From the NCBI GenBank assembly GCA_963707985.1, contig CAVPRW010000032.1, positions 128,001 through 192,000 of the forward strand: a DNA stretch of 64,000 nucleotides. The letters are read 5' to 3'. The notes beneath the pieces were generated by a model that was not told the DNA's origin, searched no databases, and worked only from the letters and a program-made list of their open reading frames with translations. Of this stretch, positions 51,496 to 61,630 are shown piece by piece. Numbering within the stretch: the first letter of the stretch is position 1; each line of letters starts with the position of its first letter. A program made the translations under genes and the position numbers. This stretch comes from an uncultured Nitrospinota bacterium (GTDB lineage: Bacteria > Tectomicrobia > Entotheonellia > J063 > CAVPRW01).

Positions 51496-52848
51496 TCAAT
51501 ACTTGTAAAAGTGCTGATCGAGCTCAAATTCCAGGCCCTGATCTTTAAAGCTCTCCACCTCGGCCCGTTTCACCAAGAGGTATTCGTGCGCCAGCGGTGC
51601 GCCTAGCGCTTCCGTAAGCATGTCGTCTTCCTCTAGTGCCACCAGAGCTTCGTCCAATGTTAATGGTAGACGGACGGCCCCCATACGCTCGCGTTCCTCT
51701 TCAGAGAGCGTGGCTGGGTCCACGGTCATCGCCTCCGGCGGCTTGAGGTTGTGTTTAATGCCGTCCAGACAGGCGGCAATCAATGCGCCCAGAGCCAGAT
51801 ATGGATTGCAGGAGGCATCACACGGCTTGAGCTCGAAGTTGGTCGATGCCGCCTCGCGTCCCCAGAACACCGATGGGATGCGCAGGGCGGCTTCGCGATT
51901 ATCAGGCCCATAACAATTGTAGGCAGAGCTCCAGGAGCGCGGCTGCAGCCGCCGATAGGAGTTAACTGTCGGCGCGGTCACGGCTACCAGCCCTCGCAAG
52001 TGGGCCAACACCCCGCCGATCGCCTGGTAACCCAGGGGACTAATACCATAAGCACCCGAGGGATCGCTCAGCACATTCTGCCCACTGGCTGTATCCCACA
52101 GGCTGATATGGATGTGACAGCCGCTCCCCGCTTGATCAGGGAAGGGTTTGGGAGCAAATGTGGCATAGACGCCGTGGCTGGCGGCCACTCCACGCACCGT
52201 TTCACGCACCACCAGCTGCTGATCGGCCGCAGCCAAGGCATCGGTATGCTGCACCGAGATTTCTTGCTGGCCAGGTCCGAGCTCCGGATAGTATTGCTGC
52301 ACGACGACGCTCTGCTTCTCCAAGGCTTCGACGATGTCAATAATGATGGGGGTGGCGCTGTCCATGCCAATCGCGCTAAAGCAGTTACTCCGATCAAAGG
52401 GCATGAACCGACCTTCATTATCCACACGCGCTAAATAGAATTCGTTCTCAAAGGCAGCAACCACCCGCAAACCGTGCGCAGCCGCCTCGGCGATCATACG
52501 CTTGAGGAAGCTACGTGGGCAGATCGACCACGGGGTACGATCAAGCTGCAGCATATCAACCAGCACTCGGGCGCTTTTCGGCGCATAGGAGAGGATTGCA
52601 AAGGTGTCAAGGTCCGGCACCAGACGGATCTCGCCCACGGGCCCGAAGGTGCCGTCGGCGGCCAGGCGGTCGAGCATGGTGAAGGACTGCATGGCCACCG
52701 TCAGCCCAATGCCAGCCTCTAACGCCCCATCCAAGGCTTCAACAGCGGCGGCTTTGCCACGGATTAACCCATCGTTACCGCAGTACAGGAAGCGCACCAG
52801 CTTCACCCCAGCCTGCCGCGCCTGCAGCAGGATCGTCTGTCGGTCCAT
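51496..52848 (-). CDS. glutamine synthetase family (gamma-glutamyl-amine ligase-like)
   Basis: FENEFY, ELGPGQQE, GSGCHIH, NSYRRL, DNRE. Confidence 0.88.
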   Translation of the reverse strand: MDRQTILLQARQAGVKLVRFLYCGNDGLIRGKAAAVEALDGALEAGIGLTVAMQSFTMLDRLAADGTFGPVGEIRLVPDLDTFAILSYAPKSARVLVDMLQLDRTPWSICPRSFLKRMIAEAAAHGLRVVAAFENEFYLARVDNEGRFMPFDRSNCFSAIGMDSATPIIIDIVEALEKQSVVVQQYYPELGPGQQEISVQHTDALAAADQQLVVRETVRGVAASHGVYATFAPKPFPDQAGSGCHIHISLWDTASGQNVLSDPSGAYGISPLGYQAIGGVLAHLRGLVAVTAPTVNSYRRLQPRSWSSAYNCYGPDNREAALRIPSVFWGREAASTNFELKPCDASCNPYLALGALIAACLDGIKHNLKPPEAMTVDPATLSEEERERMGAVRLPLTLDEALVALEEDDMLTEALGAPLAHEYLLVKRAEVESFKDQGLEFELDQHFYKY

Positions 52849-53024
52849 GCGGATCTCCTTGTCTGCTGCCAGGATGGCGGGCGTCGCACTCCGATGCCCA
52901 CCTTGCATCGATTGATGTTATTATACAGAGATCACCCGAGCACTTGAAGCGATTTCCCCGGCAGCAGTGATGCTACCGAACCCTGGGAAGCTCTGCCCCA
53001 CATCGTCAACGAACGGGATGGTCG

Positions 53025-53591
53025 ATGTTGAACTGGGGACAGCAACGAGCGCGCGAAGAGCGATTTGCTACCTTGGTCCTGCCCCATCTGGATGCCCTCC
53101 ATTACGCCGCCATGCGCCTGACCAGAGATGCGAGCAGCGCCGAGGATCTGGTCCAAGAAACCTTTCTGCGAGCCTATCGTGCGTTGCATCAATTGGCTCA
53201 GGAGGAGAGCTGCCGAGCCTGGCTGATGAAGATTATGTCCAATATCTGGCTGAATCAACGCCACAGACGAGGGCGTGAACACCTGGCGTTGGACATTAAT
53301 GAGCTCGATCTCTCCGCTGCCGATGTGGCCCCGTGGAGTCACCAGCCGATCCCCGAGGAACCGGAACGTGCGGTAAGCCGGAAACAATTCTGCGAGGACT
53401 TGGATCAGGCATTGCACCAGCTACCTGAGGCCTTCCGCATTGTAGTCATGTTGGCGGATGTCGAAGGGTTAAGCTATAAAGAGGTCGCCGAGACTCTACG
53501 GTGTCCCATCGGCACCGTCATGTCCCGCCTCTATCGTGCCCGACAGTTCCTGCGCAAGGCCCTGTGGGTGCACGCCCGGCAGAGCTCGTAA
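53025..53591 (+). CDS. ECF RNA polymerase sigma factor
   Basis: AEDLVQETFLRAY, CPIGTVMSRLYRAR. Confidence 0.92.
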   Translation: MLNWGQQRAREERFATLVLPHLDALHYAAMRLTRDASSAEDLVQETFLRAYRALHQLAQEESCRAWLMKIMSNIWLNQRHRRGREHLALDINELDLSAADVAPWSHQPIPEEPERAVSRKQFCEDLDQALHQLPEAFRIVVMLADVEGLSYKEVAETLRCPIGTVMSRLYRARQFLRKALWVHARQSS

Positions 53592-53721
53592 CGCCCTTCG
53601 CCCAATTCTTGACATAGCGCGGGGAGATGCTATCCTACGCTGGTGTGGAGGTATTCTGCGGCTGGGCTCTCCAGCCAGCTGCATACATACGTGATGGACG
53701 TAAGCGTGGGCAAATATATCC

Positions 53722-55557
53722 ATGCGTGTAATCAACCGCCCCTTGATTTTCCTGCTGGTGATTATTTTGCTTTTCGTCGGGGCCAACTTCCTCGTAACTG
53801 TGGCCTTTGTGAACCAACTCACCACCAGCATGCTGAAGAAAACCGCTTTTCTCCTGGCAGATCAGATTAAGCTGGTGGTCACGACCGTGCTGGAACGTGA
53901 TCTGAGTGAGTTCCCGTTCACGGGCGATGAAAAGTTCCAGCGCTTTCTCGAAGCCTACAAGAAGGGCTCCGAGCTCATCCGCAACGTGCAGATTATTGAC
54001 AAAGACTACACCATTCGGTTTAGCGGCGACCCGACGCTCATCGGTGAAAAATACGTCGGCAGTACCCTGCGGGAAGCCTTAGAGGCGGCGCAGCCGGTGG
54101 TGTTGGAAGAGTCGTGGACCACGGAGACGGTCGTCTACGACGTCTGGATGCCATTGTTGAATAAGGATAATCCTCAGGGGTTCATCCGCGTCATCCTACA
54201 TTCACCTGAGGTCCGCAAGATTTATGGCTCCACCCAAGGACGCTTCATGGTGCTCTACGGCGTCGTCCTCTCGCTCGTGCTCACCACCATTGTGATCATG
54301 ACCCAACAGCTGCGCAAACCCATCGACTGGCTGGCGGAATCACTGAGCTTGATTGCCGAGGGGAATTTCAAAAGCCTTCGACCGTATCGCCGGAACGATG
54401 AATTTACGCCCTTATTTGAATCTCTGGAGAAAGTTTCGCGCGTGATGCAGAGCGTCCAAGAAAGTTGGCATGTGGGTGAGAGTCGTGTGTTAGACACCGA
54501 TGACGTGCTGGAAGAAGGCGTGGTCGTGCTCGACTCGCAAATGCGCCTGCGCTTTGCGAATCCCGCGGCGGTGGCGATGCTGAGCTCCAGTGTTGATAGC
54601 TTGCTGGTACACGATTGGGATAGGGTGCTGGCCAACAACGAGGCATTGCGGGAGCCGATTGAAGAGGTCGTTCAGAAGGGCTTGCTGGTCCGCGAGCGTG
54701 ACGTGGAGGTGAACGCCCGCGAGCGTTGGATGGAGCTCCGCCTCAACGGCTATCCCATTGCCTCGGATGCTGGAGGTCTCGCCGCGGCTGTCCTGCTCCT
54801 GCGTGATGCGGTGCGAGCTCGCATGCTCGAGCGAGATCTGGTGTATGCTTCGCGTTTTAAAGCCATTACTGACCTGTATATGGGGATCACTCACGATATC
54901 AAGGTACCGCTGCATGCCGTAATCATGCATTTGGAAATGCTGCGCAAAGAGGTGGGCGGCGACAGCCGGGGTGGCGAGGAGAAGAAGGCGGTCCGCTATA
55001 TCGATAGTATCGCCCAGGAGATCAAACGTCTGGAGACCATCATTCGTGCCTTTCTGGACTACGCCTCACCCTTCAAAAATCAGGTGGAGTTGGTCGACTT
55101 GCGTCAGATCATTTGGGACTGTATGGCACTGCTCGAATCCGAGGCGGCGCGGAAAGATATTACCTTGCGTCAAGAGGTGTCTGCTGAACCGCTTTGGGTC
55201 TATGGCGACGATGCTAGGCTGAAGCAGGCGCTACTCAATCTTGCCGTCAATGCATTTGATGCCATGTCGAGCGGTGGAACGTTGACGATACGAGGCATAC
55301 AATACAATGGCGAATGCGTGTTAGAAATCCAGGACACAGGCCATGGTATCAAGGACGACGAAAAGGCCAAGATTTTCCGCTTTCACTATTCTACCAAGGA
55401 TAGCGGCAGCGGCGTCGGCCTTTCGATCGTCAAAATGATTACTGAATATCATGGGGGACGAGTAGAATTCGATAGCACCGCAGGCAAAGGGAGTCTTTTC
55501 ACCCTCAGGTTCCCGAAAGGTCGTGAGGATGGCACAGAAAATCATCATCATCGATGA
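53722..55557 (+). CDS. HAMP-PAS sensor histidine kinase
   Basis: 2 TM, THDIKVPL, QALLNLAVNA, DTGHG, GSGVGL. Confidence 0.9.
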   Translation: MRVINRPLIFLLVIILLFVGANFLVTVAFVNQLTTSMLKKTAFLLADQIKLVVTTVLERDLSEFPFTGDEKFQRFLEAYKKGSELIRNVQIIDKDYTIRFSGDPTLIGEKYVGSTLREALEAAQPVVLEESWTTETVVYDVWMPLLNKDNPQGFIRVILHSPEVRKIYGSTQGRFMVLYGVVLSLVLTTIVIMTQQLRKPIDWLAESLSLIAEGNFKSLRPYRRNDEFTPLFESLEKVSRVMQSVQESWHVGESRVLDTDDVLEEGVVVLDSQMRLRFANPAAVAMLSSSVDSLLVHDWDRVLANNEALREPIEEVVQKGLLVRERDVEVNARERWMELRLNGYPIASDAGGLAAAVLLLRDAVRARMLERDLVYASRFKAITDLYMGITHDIKVPLHAVIMHLEMLRKEVGGDSRGGEEKKAVRYIDSIAQEIKRLETIIRAFLDYASPFKNQVELVDLRQIIWDCMALLESEAARKDITLRQEVSAEPLWVYGDDARLKQALLNLAVNAFDAMSSGGTLTIRGIQYNGECVLEIQDTGHGIKDDEKAKIFRFHYSTKDSGSGVGLSIVKMITEYHGGRVEFDSTAGKGSLFTLRFPKGREDGTENHHHR

Positions 55558-57052
55558 CGACATGCTGACGCGTATTAGCACGGCTGACCTGATCAAGAGT
55601 TGGGGCTACGAGGTCGAGACGGCCGCCTCCTTCAATGAAGGGTTGAAGCTTATCAATGAAGCCGTGCCCGATATCGCTATTCTCGATTTGCGGCTGCCGG
55701 ACGGTGATGGCATGGAATTACTCAGCCTGATCCGGGAACAACATCCACAGGTCGATGCCGTCATCTTGACCGGCCATGCCTCCATCGATTCCGCCATCGA
55801 TGCCATCAAGAAGGGGGCAGAGAATTACCTGGAAAAACCGAGTGATCCCAATCGCCTGCTCGTCACCCTGAAGAAAATCGCCGAAAAAAAGGATATGCGC
55901 TCTGAGATTGTCACCTTGCGACGCCAACTGCAGAAGATGGGCGCGTTTGGGGCGTTGATTGGCAAGGCCAAGCCGATGCAAAGACTCTATACCCTCATCG
56001 AACGTGTCGCCACCAGCGCCGTGCCGGTATTTATCACCGGCGAGAGTGGCACGGGGAAGGAATTAGTCGCCCAGACTATTCATAACCTCAGCAAACGGCA
56101 GCGGGAACATTTCGTGGCCATTAACTGCGGCGCAGTGCCGCCAACGCTCATCGAAAATGAGCTGTTCGGCCATGAAAGAGGGGCCTTCACCGGAGCCGAT
56201 CAACGTCAGGAGGGCTACTTCGAAATGGCCGATGATGGGAGCATTTTCCTCGACGAGATCACCGAGATGCCCCCCGACCTCCAGGTCAAGCTGTTACGTG
56301 TCCTGGAACAAAGTAAGTTCCGTCGCATCGGCGGCCGCCAGGAAATCGAGATAGACGTGCGTGTCATCTCGGCGACGAACCGCGATCCGTTCAAGGCCAT
56401 CGAAGAGCATAAGCTGCGTGAAGACCTGTATTATCGCCTGAATGTATTCCCAATTCACGTGCCGCCGCTGCGCGAGCGGTTGGATGATATCCCTCTGCTG
56501 GCGTCATATTTTCTCGAACTCTTGAATGAAAAAGAAGATAAGGATATCACCAGTATTGAGCCTGAAGTGTTGCAGGCATTGCAATTACACTCGTGGCCGG
56601 GCAACGTTCGTGAACTACGCAACGTGATGAACCGAGCATACATACTGGCCTCGTCCAATACCATTACCGTCAGTGCCCTGCCCGATGAGCTGAAGCCGCC
56701 GAACGCTGCCAGGCCCCGGCTGAGGGTGCTGGAGATTCCCATTGGTCTCACCTTAGAGGAGATTCAGAGGCGCGTCATCGCCGCCACTCTCGAATATGTC
56801 TCGGGCGATACCTCCAAAGCCGATGAGCTTTTGGGCATCCCGGCCAAGCCATTGACGGAGATCAGCGCCGTGAATGATGGCTCCCCGACGGTGGCTATTC
56901 GGGTGGGGACATCGATCGAGGAGGTCGAAAAGCTGTTAATTACCAAGACTCTTCAGCTCAACCATGGCAACAAACCGAAGACCGCAGAGAGCCTCGGCAT
57001 TAGCTTGAAAACACTTTATAACAAACTGGAGCGCTATGAGCCCAAGGGGTAG
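55529..57052 (+). CDS. sigma54-dependent response regulator (NtrC family)
   Basis: REC, GESGTGKE, GAFTGA, FLDEI, WPGNVREL, Fis HTH. Confidence 0.93.
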   Translation: MAQKIIIIDDDMLTRISTADLIKSWGYEVETAASFNEGLKLINEAVPDIAILDLRLPDGDGMELLSLIREQHPQVDAVILTGHASIDSAIDAIKKGAENYLEKPSDPNRLLVTLKKIAEKKDMRSEIVTLRRQLQKMGAFGALIGKAKPMQRLYTLIERVATSAVPVFITGESGTGKELVAQTIHNLSKRQREHFVAINCGAVPPTLIENELFGHERGAFTGADQRQEGYFEMADDGSIFLDEITEMPPDLQVKLLRVLEQSKFRRIGGRQEIEIDVRVISATNRDPFKAIEEHKLREDLYYRLNVFPIHVPPLRERLDDIPLLASYFLELLNEKEDKDITSIEPEVLQALQLHSWPGNVRELRNVMNRAYILASSNTITVSALPDELKPPNAARPRLRVLEIPIGLTLEEIQRRVIAATLEYVSGDTSKADELLGIPAKPLTEISAVNDGSPTVAIRVGTSIEEVEKLLITKTLQLNHGNKPKTAESLGISLKTLYNKLERYEPKG

Positions 57053-57301
57053 GGTAATTTTTACAAACCCCCCTGATCACTGTCCGTCGAAGAGATGACC
57101 GGCACCCCCACCCCCCAATGATTGAAATTCTTACAAGAGATGTAGCTGTTTGGCGACAGCCGGAAAAGTCATCGCTGCCCTATCCCACCCTGCGAAATCT
57201 CCCTGCCAAACCGTTATATTGCTTTACAAGAAGCCATTCCACACGCTTTCACCGCGTTCGATTTCCATGCTGAGGGAGGTCAACAGACGGTCAACTCGGA
57301 G

Positions 57302-57317
57302 TGGCATCACCCGTGCA
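57302..57317 (+). promoter_or_regulatory. sigma54 -24/-12 promoter
   Basis: TGGCAT-CACCC-GTGCA (GG-N10-GC); GTAA..TTACA-type motifs near 57055 and 57124. Confidence 0.65.
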
Positions 57318-57329
57318 TATGGCTTATCA

Positions 57330-57500
57330 TAAGCAACTACAGCAGACCCGGCGATAGTGATAGCGGAGATCCTTACCGGGGGGAAAGGATCTCCGCTATA
57401 ACGAGCCGGTCTGCTGCGGCCCCTGAGGTGGGACCCGAGACTGGCTACAGCAGCATTGGGGGGATGCTGCCGTACTGGGCCCTTCCTCAGGGGATTTTTC
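57330..57500 (+). ncRNA. candidate sigma54-dependent structured sRNA
   Basis: Two long hairpins, the last followed by TTTTT; no credible ORF. Confidence 0.6.
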
Positions 57501-57796
57501 TAGAAATTGCCGTCTTTACTAATACTTGGCTGCCAGCCGAAGAGTTCAACGCCTCAATCGCCGCGTTCAGTTTATCCCGCCCGCAGGCCTCTGTATGTGA
57601 ACAAAATTATTTGCAATTCTTCGCTCGAGAGATGAACCCCACCCCAGCATTGTTCGCCACTCCGTGATTTTCTATTTTCACTCAGCACTGTTATGGTACA
57701 ATACCATCCTTTGCGATTCCGTGGAGGCGAACGTCACGCCTCTTGAGCTCGCCGCGACATGGGAGTGCGGCATGTCAGGAAGGCGGAGGATCATAG

Positions 57797-58966
57797 ATGC
57801 TGGCTGAGTTTCTGCAAGAGGCATCGGTGGTGCGGGCTTTTGCCGAGATCGAGGCCCACCATGAGGACCTAGTACGGTTAATTATTCGTCTGTGCGAAAT
57901 CCCCTCGCCCACCTTTGCGGAGGGGCCACGCGCACAGGCCGTGGCTGAGGAGTTGCGGGCTCTTGGCTTGCAAGATGTCCATGTCGATGCGGCCCAGAAT
58001 GTGATCGGCGTCCTGCCAGGGCCTGAACCGGGTCCCACATTTCTCCTTGATGCGCACACCGATACGGTGTTCCCGGCTGGAACCGATGTGCGGGTGCGGC
58101 GTGAGGATGGCAAGCTCAAGGCACCCGGTGTTGGTGATGATACCACAAACCTCGCCTGTGGGTTGTTCTTGCTGCGGTTGGTACGCGATTCTGGCCTCTC
58201 AATCCCAGGGACGCTGATTTTCTCGGGGACCGCAGGTGAAGAGGGGCTCGGCGATCTCTGTGGCATCAAGGCTGTCATGCATGAGCTGGTTGGTCGTGTG
58301 GATTACGTCCTGGCGTTGGACGGGCAGTTAGGGCGTATTTGCAATCAGGGGGTCGGTAGCCATCGTCATAAGATTACGGTGAAGGCCCAGGGGGGGCATA
58401 GTTGGGCGGATTTTGGCGCGCCGAGTGCCATTCACGCCTTGGGGGCAACGATTGCCAGGATTTCTAAACTCGAAGTACCGAAAAATCCGCGTACGACGTT
58501 CAATGCCGGTATCATCTCCGGCGGGACCTCTGTGAACACCATTGCCGAGTCGGCCGAGATGCTCCTGGATCTGCGTTCGGTCAGCGCAGAAGAGCTTACA
58601 AGCCTCGAGAACCAGGTCATGGCGATCATTCCCGAGATCGAGCACGAGTACAATGTGCATATCGAGTGCCAGTTGGTCGGGGACCGCCCGGCCGGCTCCC
58701 AAGCCGACACCACATGGATCGTGGATACCATTCGCCAGGTGCATGCCACGCTTGGTCTCCAATCCCAGGTGAACGCTGCCAGCACGAATGCTAACGTCCC
58801 CTTGAGTCAGGGGATTCCAGCTGTGGTTATTGGCACTTATACGGGAAGGGGCACGCATCGACTGGAAGAATGGATCGACGAACGCTCGATCATCCTTGGC
58901 ATGAAACAACTGGTGCTTACCGTGCTGGCGTTGCAGCACCGTGCGACACTCCTGGGCACGCGCTAA
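57797..58966 (+). CDS. M20/M25/M40 family metallo-hydrolase
   Basis: AHTDTV, GVGDD, GEEG, GGHSW, H near C-terminus. Confidence 0.88.
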   Translation: MLAEFLQEASVVRAFAEIEAHHEDLVRLIIRLCEIPSPTFAEGPRAQAVAEELRALGLQDVHVDAAQNVIGVLPGPEPGPTFLLDAHTDTVFPAGTDVRVRREDGKLKAPGVGDDTTNLACGLFLLRLVRDSGLSIPGTLIFSGTAGEEGLGDLCGIKAVMHELVGRVDYVLALDGQLGRICNQGVGSHRHKITVKAQGGHSWADFGAPSAIHALGATIARISKLEVPKNPRTTFNAGIISGGTSVNTIAESAEMLLDLRSVSAEELTSLENQVMAIIPEIEHEYNVHIECQLVGDRPAGSQADTTWIVDTIRQVHATLGLQSQVNAASTNANVPLSQGIPAVVIGTYTGRGTHRLEEWIDERSIILGMKQLVLTVLALQHRATLLGTR

Positions 58967-59186
58967 GATCCAGGCGCCGGCATTGCACTCACGGTTGCAG
59001 CGCTCCCCACCCGTCCTTACCTCTCGATGGATGAGGGTTGGGGAGGGGTTGAAAGCGTGGCACACGGTACAGAGATCATCACCGCAGGTGAGCGGTGTAC
59101 TCGTAGTACGGTGCGACAGATGGATGCGGAAGTAGAGCGAGAGGTATGGTGGAGAGGCGGACAAGGCAATACAAGGAGGTGGGAGC

Positions 59187-60641
59187 TTGGCGGACAATAC
59201 GCGGCAACTTTATATCGGCGGACAATGGGTTGGGGCAACGAGCGGTCGCACATTTGATGTGGTTAATCCAGCCACGCGAGAACCGATTGCCAGTGTGGCC
59301 GATGGTGGACCCGATGAAGCCAGGGCGGCGGTGGATGCCGCGGCCACGGCCTTTACCACATGGTCCAAACTTCCTGGCGTCGAGCGCGGGCGCGTACTGG
59401 CCAAAACCTATCAACTGATGCTGGCACGATGCGATGATCTCGCACGCCTGGTCACACAAGAAAATGGCAAGCCCTTTGAGGAAGCGCGTAAGGAGGTTAT
59501 GTTTGCGGCTGGCTATTTCAGCTGGTTCGCGGAAGAGGCCCGTCGTGTGTATGGTGAGATCGTGCCCTCGCCGTTCAGCAACAAACGGCTGTGGGTTATT
59601 AAGCAACCGCTGGGGGTCGTGGCGGCAATCACACCGTGGAATTTCCCATCGACGATGGTCACCCGTAAGATTGCCCCAGCGCTGGCCGCCGGGTGTCCGG
59701 TCGTGCTCAAGCCCGCTTCCGCCACCCCTCTGACAGCGCTGGCCCTAGCCGAGGTCGTGCATGAGGCGGGGCTGCCAGGTGGGGTGTTCAATGTGGTCGT
59801 GGGCAAGCGATCGAGTCCGCTCGCCGAGGAGTTTTTGCGACACCCAAAGGTCCGCAAGATCGCCTTCACCGGCTCCACTGAAGTTGGTAAGGAGCTGATG
59901 GCCAAAGCCTCGAATCAGCTCAAACATGTGTCGTTCGAGCTCGGCGGCAACGCGCCGTTCGTGGTGTTCGACGACGCCAACCTGAAGGAGGCGGTCGAGG
60001 GGGCAGCAGCGATCAAATTTATGCGCGTCGCTGGCCAGTCATGTATCTGTGCCAACCGCATCTACGTCCAGGAGGGCATTGCACCGCGCTTTATACCTGC
60101 TTTCGTCGACCGTGTCAAAGCCATCAAGGTTGGAGAGGGCTTTCAACCGGGTGTCGAGGTTGGGCCGCTGATCAACGAAGAAACGTTGGACAAGGTCGAT
60201 AGCCTGGTCCGCGATGCCGTCGCCAAGGGAGCCAAAATCGCTGCTGGTGGCGGTCGCCTGACCACGGGAGCATTGGCGAAGGGGTTTTTCTATGCCCCGA
60301 CAGTGCTCCTCGACGTCAAAGAGGATATGCCGGTGTGCCAGGAAGAGATTTTTGGGCCTGTTGCCCCCGTCCTCACCTTCCGCACTGATGAGGAAGTGAT
60401 TGAGCGCGCCAACGACACGGTTTTTGGCCTGGCCAGCTATTTTTACACCAATGATTACGCGCGCATCATCCGCGTCGCGGAAGGCCTGGATTATGGTCTC
60501 GTCGGCGTCAACGATGCCGCCGGTTATACCCATGAAATCCCCTTCGGCGGCTTCAAGGAAAGTGGTCTAGGCCGTGAGGGTGGGAAGGAGGGGATGGATG
60601 AGTATATGGAGATCAAGTCGATTGTGGTGAATATGGGTTAG
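59187..60641 (+). CDS. gabD: NAD(P)-dependent succinate-semialdehyde dehydrogenase
   Basis: ITPWNFP, FTGSTEVG, ELGGNAPF, GQSCIC, EEIFGP. Confidence 0.82.
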   Translation: MADNTRQLYIGGQWVGATSGRTFDVVNPATREPIASVADGGPDEARAAVDAAATAFTTWSKLPGVERGRVLAKTYQLMLARCDDLARLVTQENGKPFEEARKEVMFAAGYFSWFAEEARRVYGEIVPSPFSNKRLWVIKQPLGVVAAITPWNFPSTMVTRKIAPALAAGCPVVLKPASATPLTALALAEVVHEAGLPGGVFNVVVGKRSSPLAEEFLRHPKVRKIAFTGSTEVGKELMAKASNQLKHVSFELGGNAPFVVFDDANLKEAVEGAAAIKFMRVAGQSCICANRIYVQEGIAPRFIPAFVDRVKAIKVGEGFQPGVEVGPLINEETLDKVDSLVRDAVAKGAKIAAGGGRLTTGALAKGFFYAPTVLLDVKEDMPVCQEEIFGPVAPVLTFRTDEEVIERANDTVFGLASYFYTNDYARIIRVAEGLDYGLVGVNDAAGYTHEIPFGGFKESGLGREGGKEGMDEYMEIKSIVVNMG

Positions 60642-61071
60642 CCCGTCGGCGACGTCACTCGTGTGCGGACACCGGAGGGTTGCAGTCGCTGACCCTCTGG
60701 TGTCTGCGCGACTGCTCCATATACGGCACATGGCCGGCACCAGCGCTGTGGTCGGCTACACTGGTTTTTGAATGTACGATTGCCTATCTCTTGCACCGAA
60801 GTGTTTCCCATCGCGTCGATACGTGCCATCAGCTCTGCATGCTCCACCATCCGCAAGTTTCCTCTCCGGCAGTTTTCGCTGGCCCAAGTAAAGCCCTGTC
60901 CTAGAAGCCCTGCCCGTGATCTGGAAAGCGCTGTAAGGGAAAAAGTGGCGAGGAGTCGTTCCATGTGTCGGGAAAACCCTTTGCCACTTTTTGGTTGTCA
61001 TGAGAGCTGGAGCCGCGCAGAATAGAGTTCCATAATCTATGGCCAACTTCTACTGAGGGAGGATTTCTCGC

Positions 61072-61344
61072 ATGGATGCTTTGGTCGCAAGGATCTCCAA
61101 GAATCCCACCGAGGAAGTGCGTGTTTCGTTAACGAGTTATCGCGGGCATGATCTTGTCGATATTCGTGTGTTCTTCCAGGATGAACAGGGAGAGTGGCGC
61201 CCTACTAAACGGGGGGTATCCCTATCAGTCGATTCCTTTGCTGAGCTGCGCGAAGCTGTCGTCAAAGCCGAAGAGATGATTAACACGCTGCCGTCGGCCG
61301 GTAAAAGCTCCGGCAGATCGCGCACCAAGAAGGCTGCCGAATAG
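61072..61344 (+). CDS. PC4/YdbC-like ssDNA-binding protein
   Basis: VDIRVF..PTKRGVSL. Confidence 0.85.
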   Translation: MDALVARISKNPTEEVRVSLTSYRGHDLVDIRVFFQDEQGEWRPTKRGVSLSVDSFAELREAVVKAEEMINTLPSAGKSSGRSRTKKAAE

Positions 61345-61630
61345 CATAGCTGGGTGTACACCCCGGTGTGCCCCGCGGCCCTCAGTGTCCTACTTTTCCC
61401 TTGACACCATTGGGGGCAAGTTGCTAGAAACAGAGAATTCTCACTGCACCCTGTCTAGTCGATGGATGGGAGGTCGGCCCGGCACAGGGGGTCCTCAGGC
61501 CGAGCACATGTTGCTAGGGGACCAGACAGGAAGCTATCATTGCATCCGTCATTAAGCCAATCGCTCTGGTACAGAGATTCGTCATTGCGGACCAGCAACT
61601 TCGAGCTTCGAGTGAGGGAGGCGAACCAGT

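Noticed and set aside
59010..59050. Further REP copy
   Set aside because: Too degenerate to call confidently
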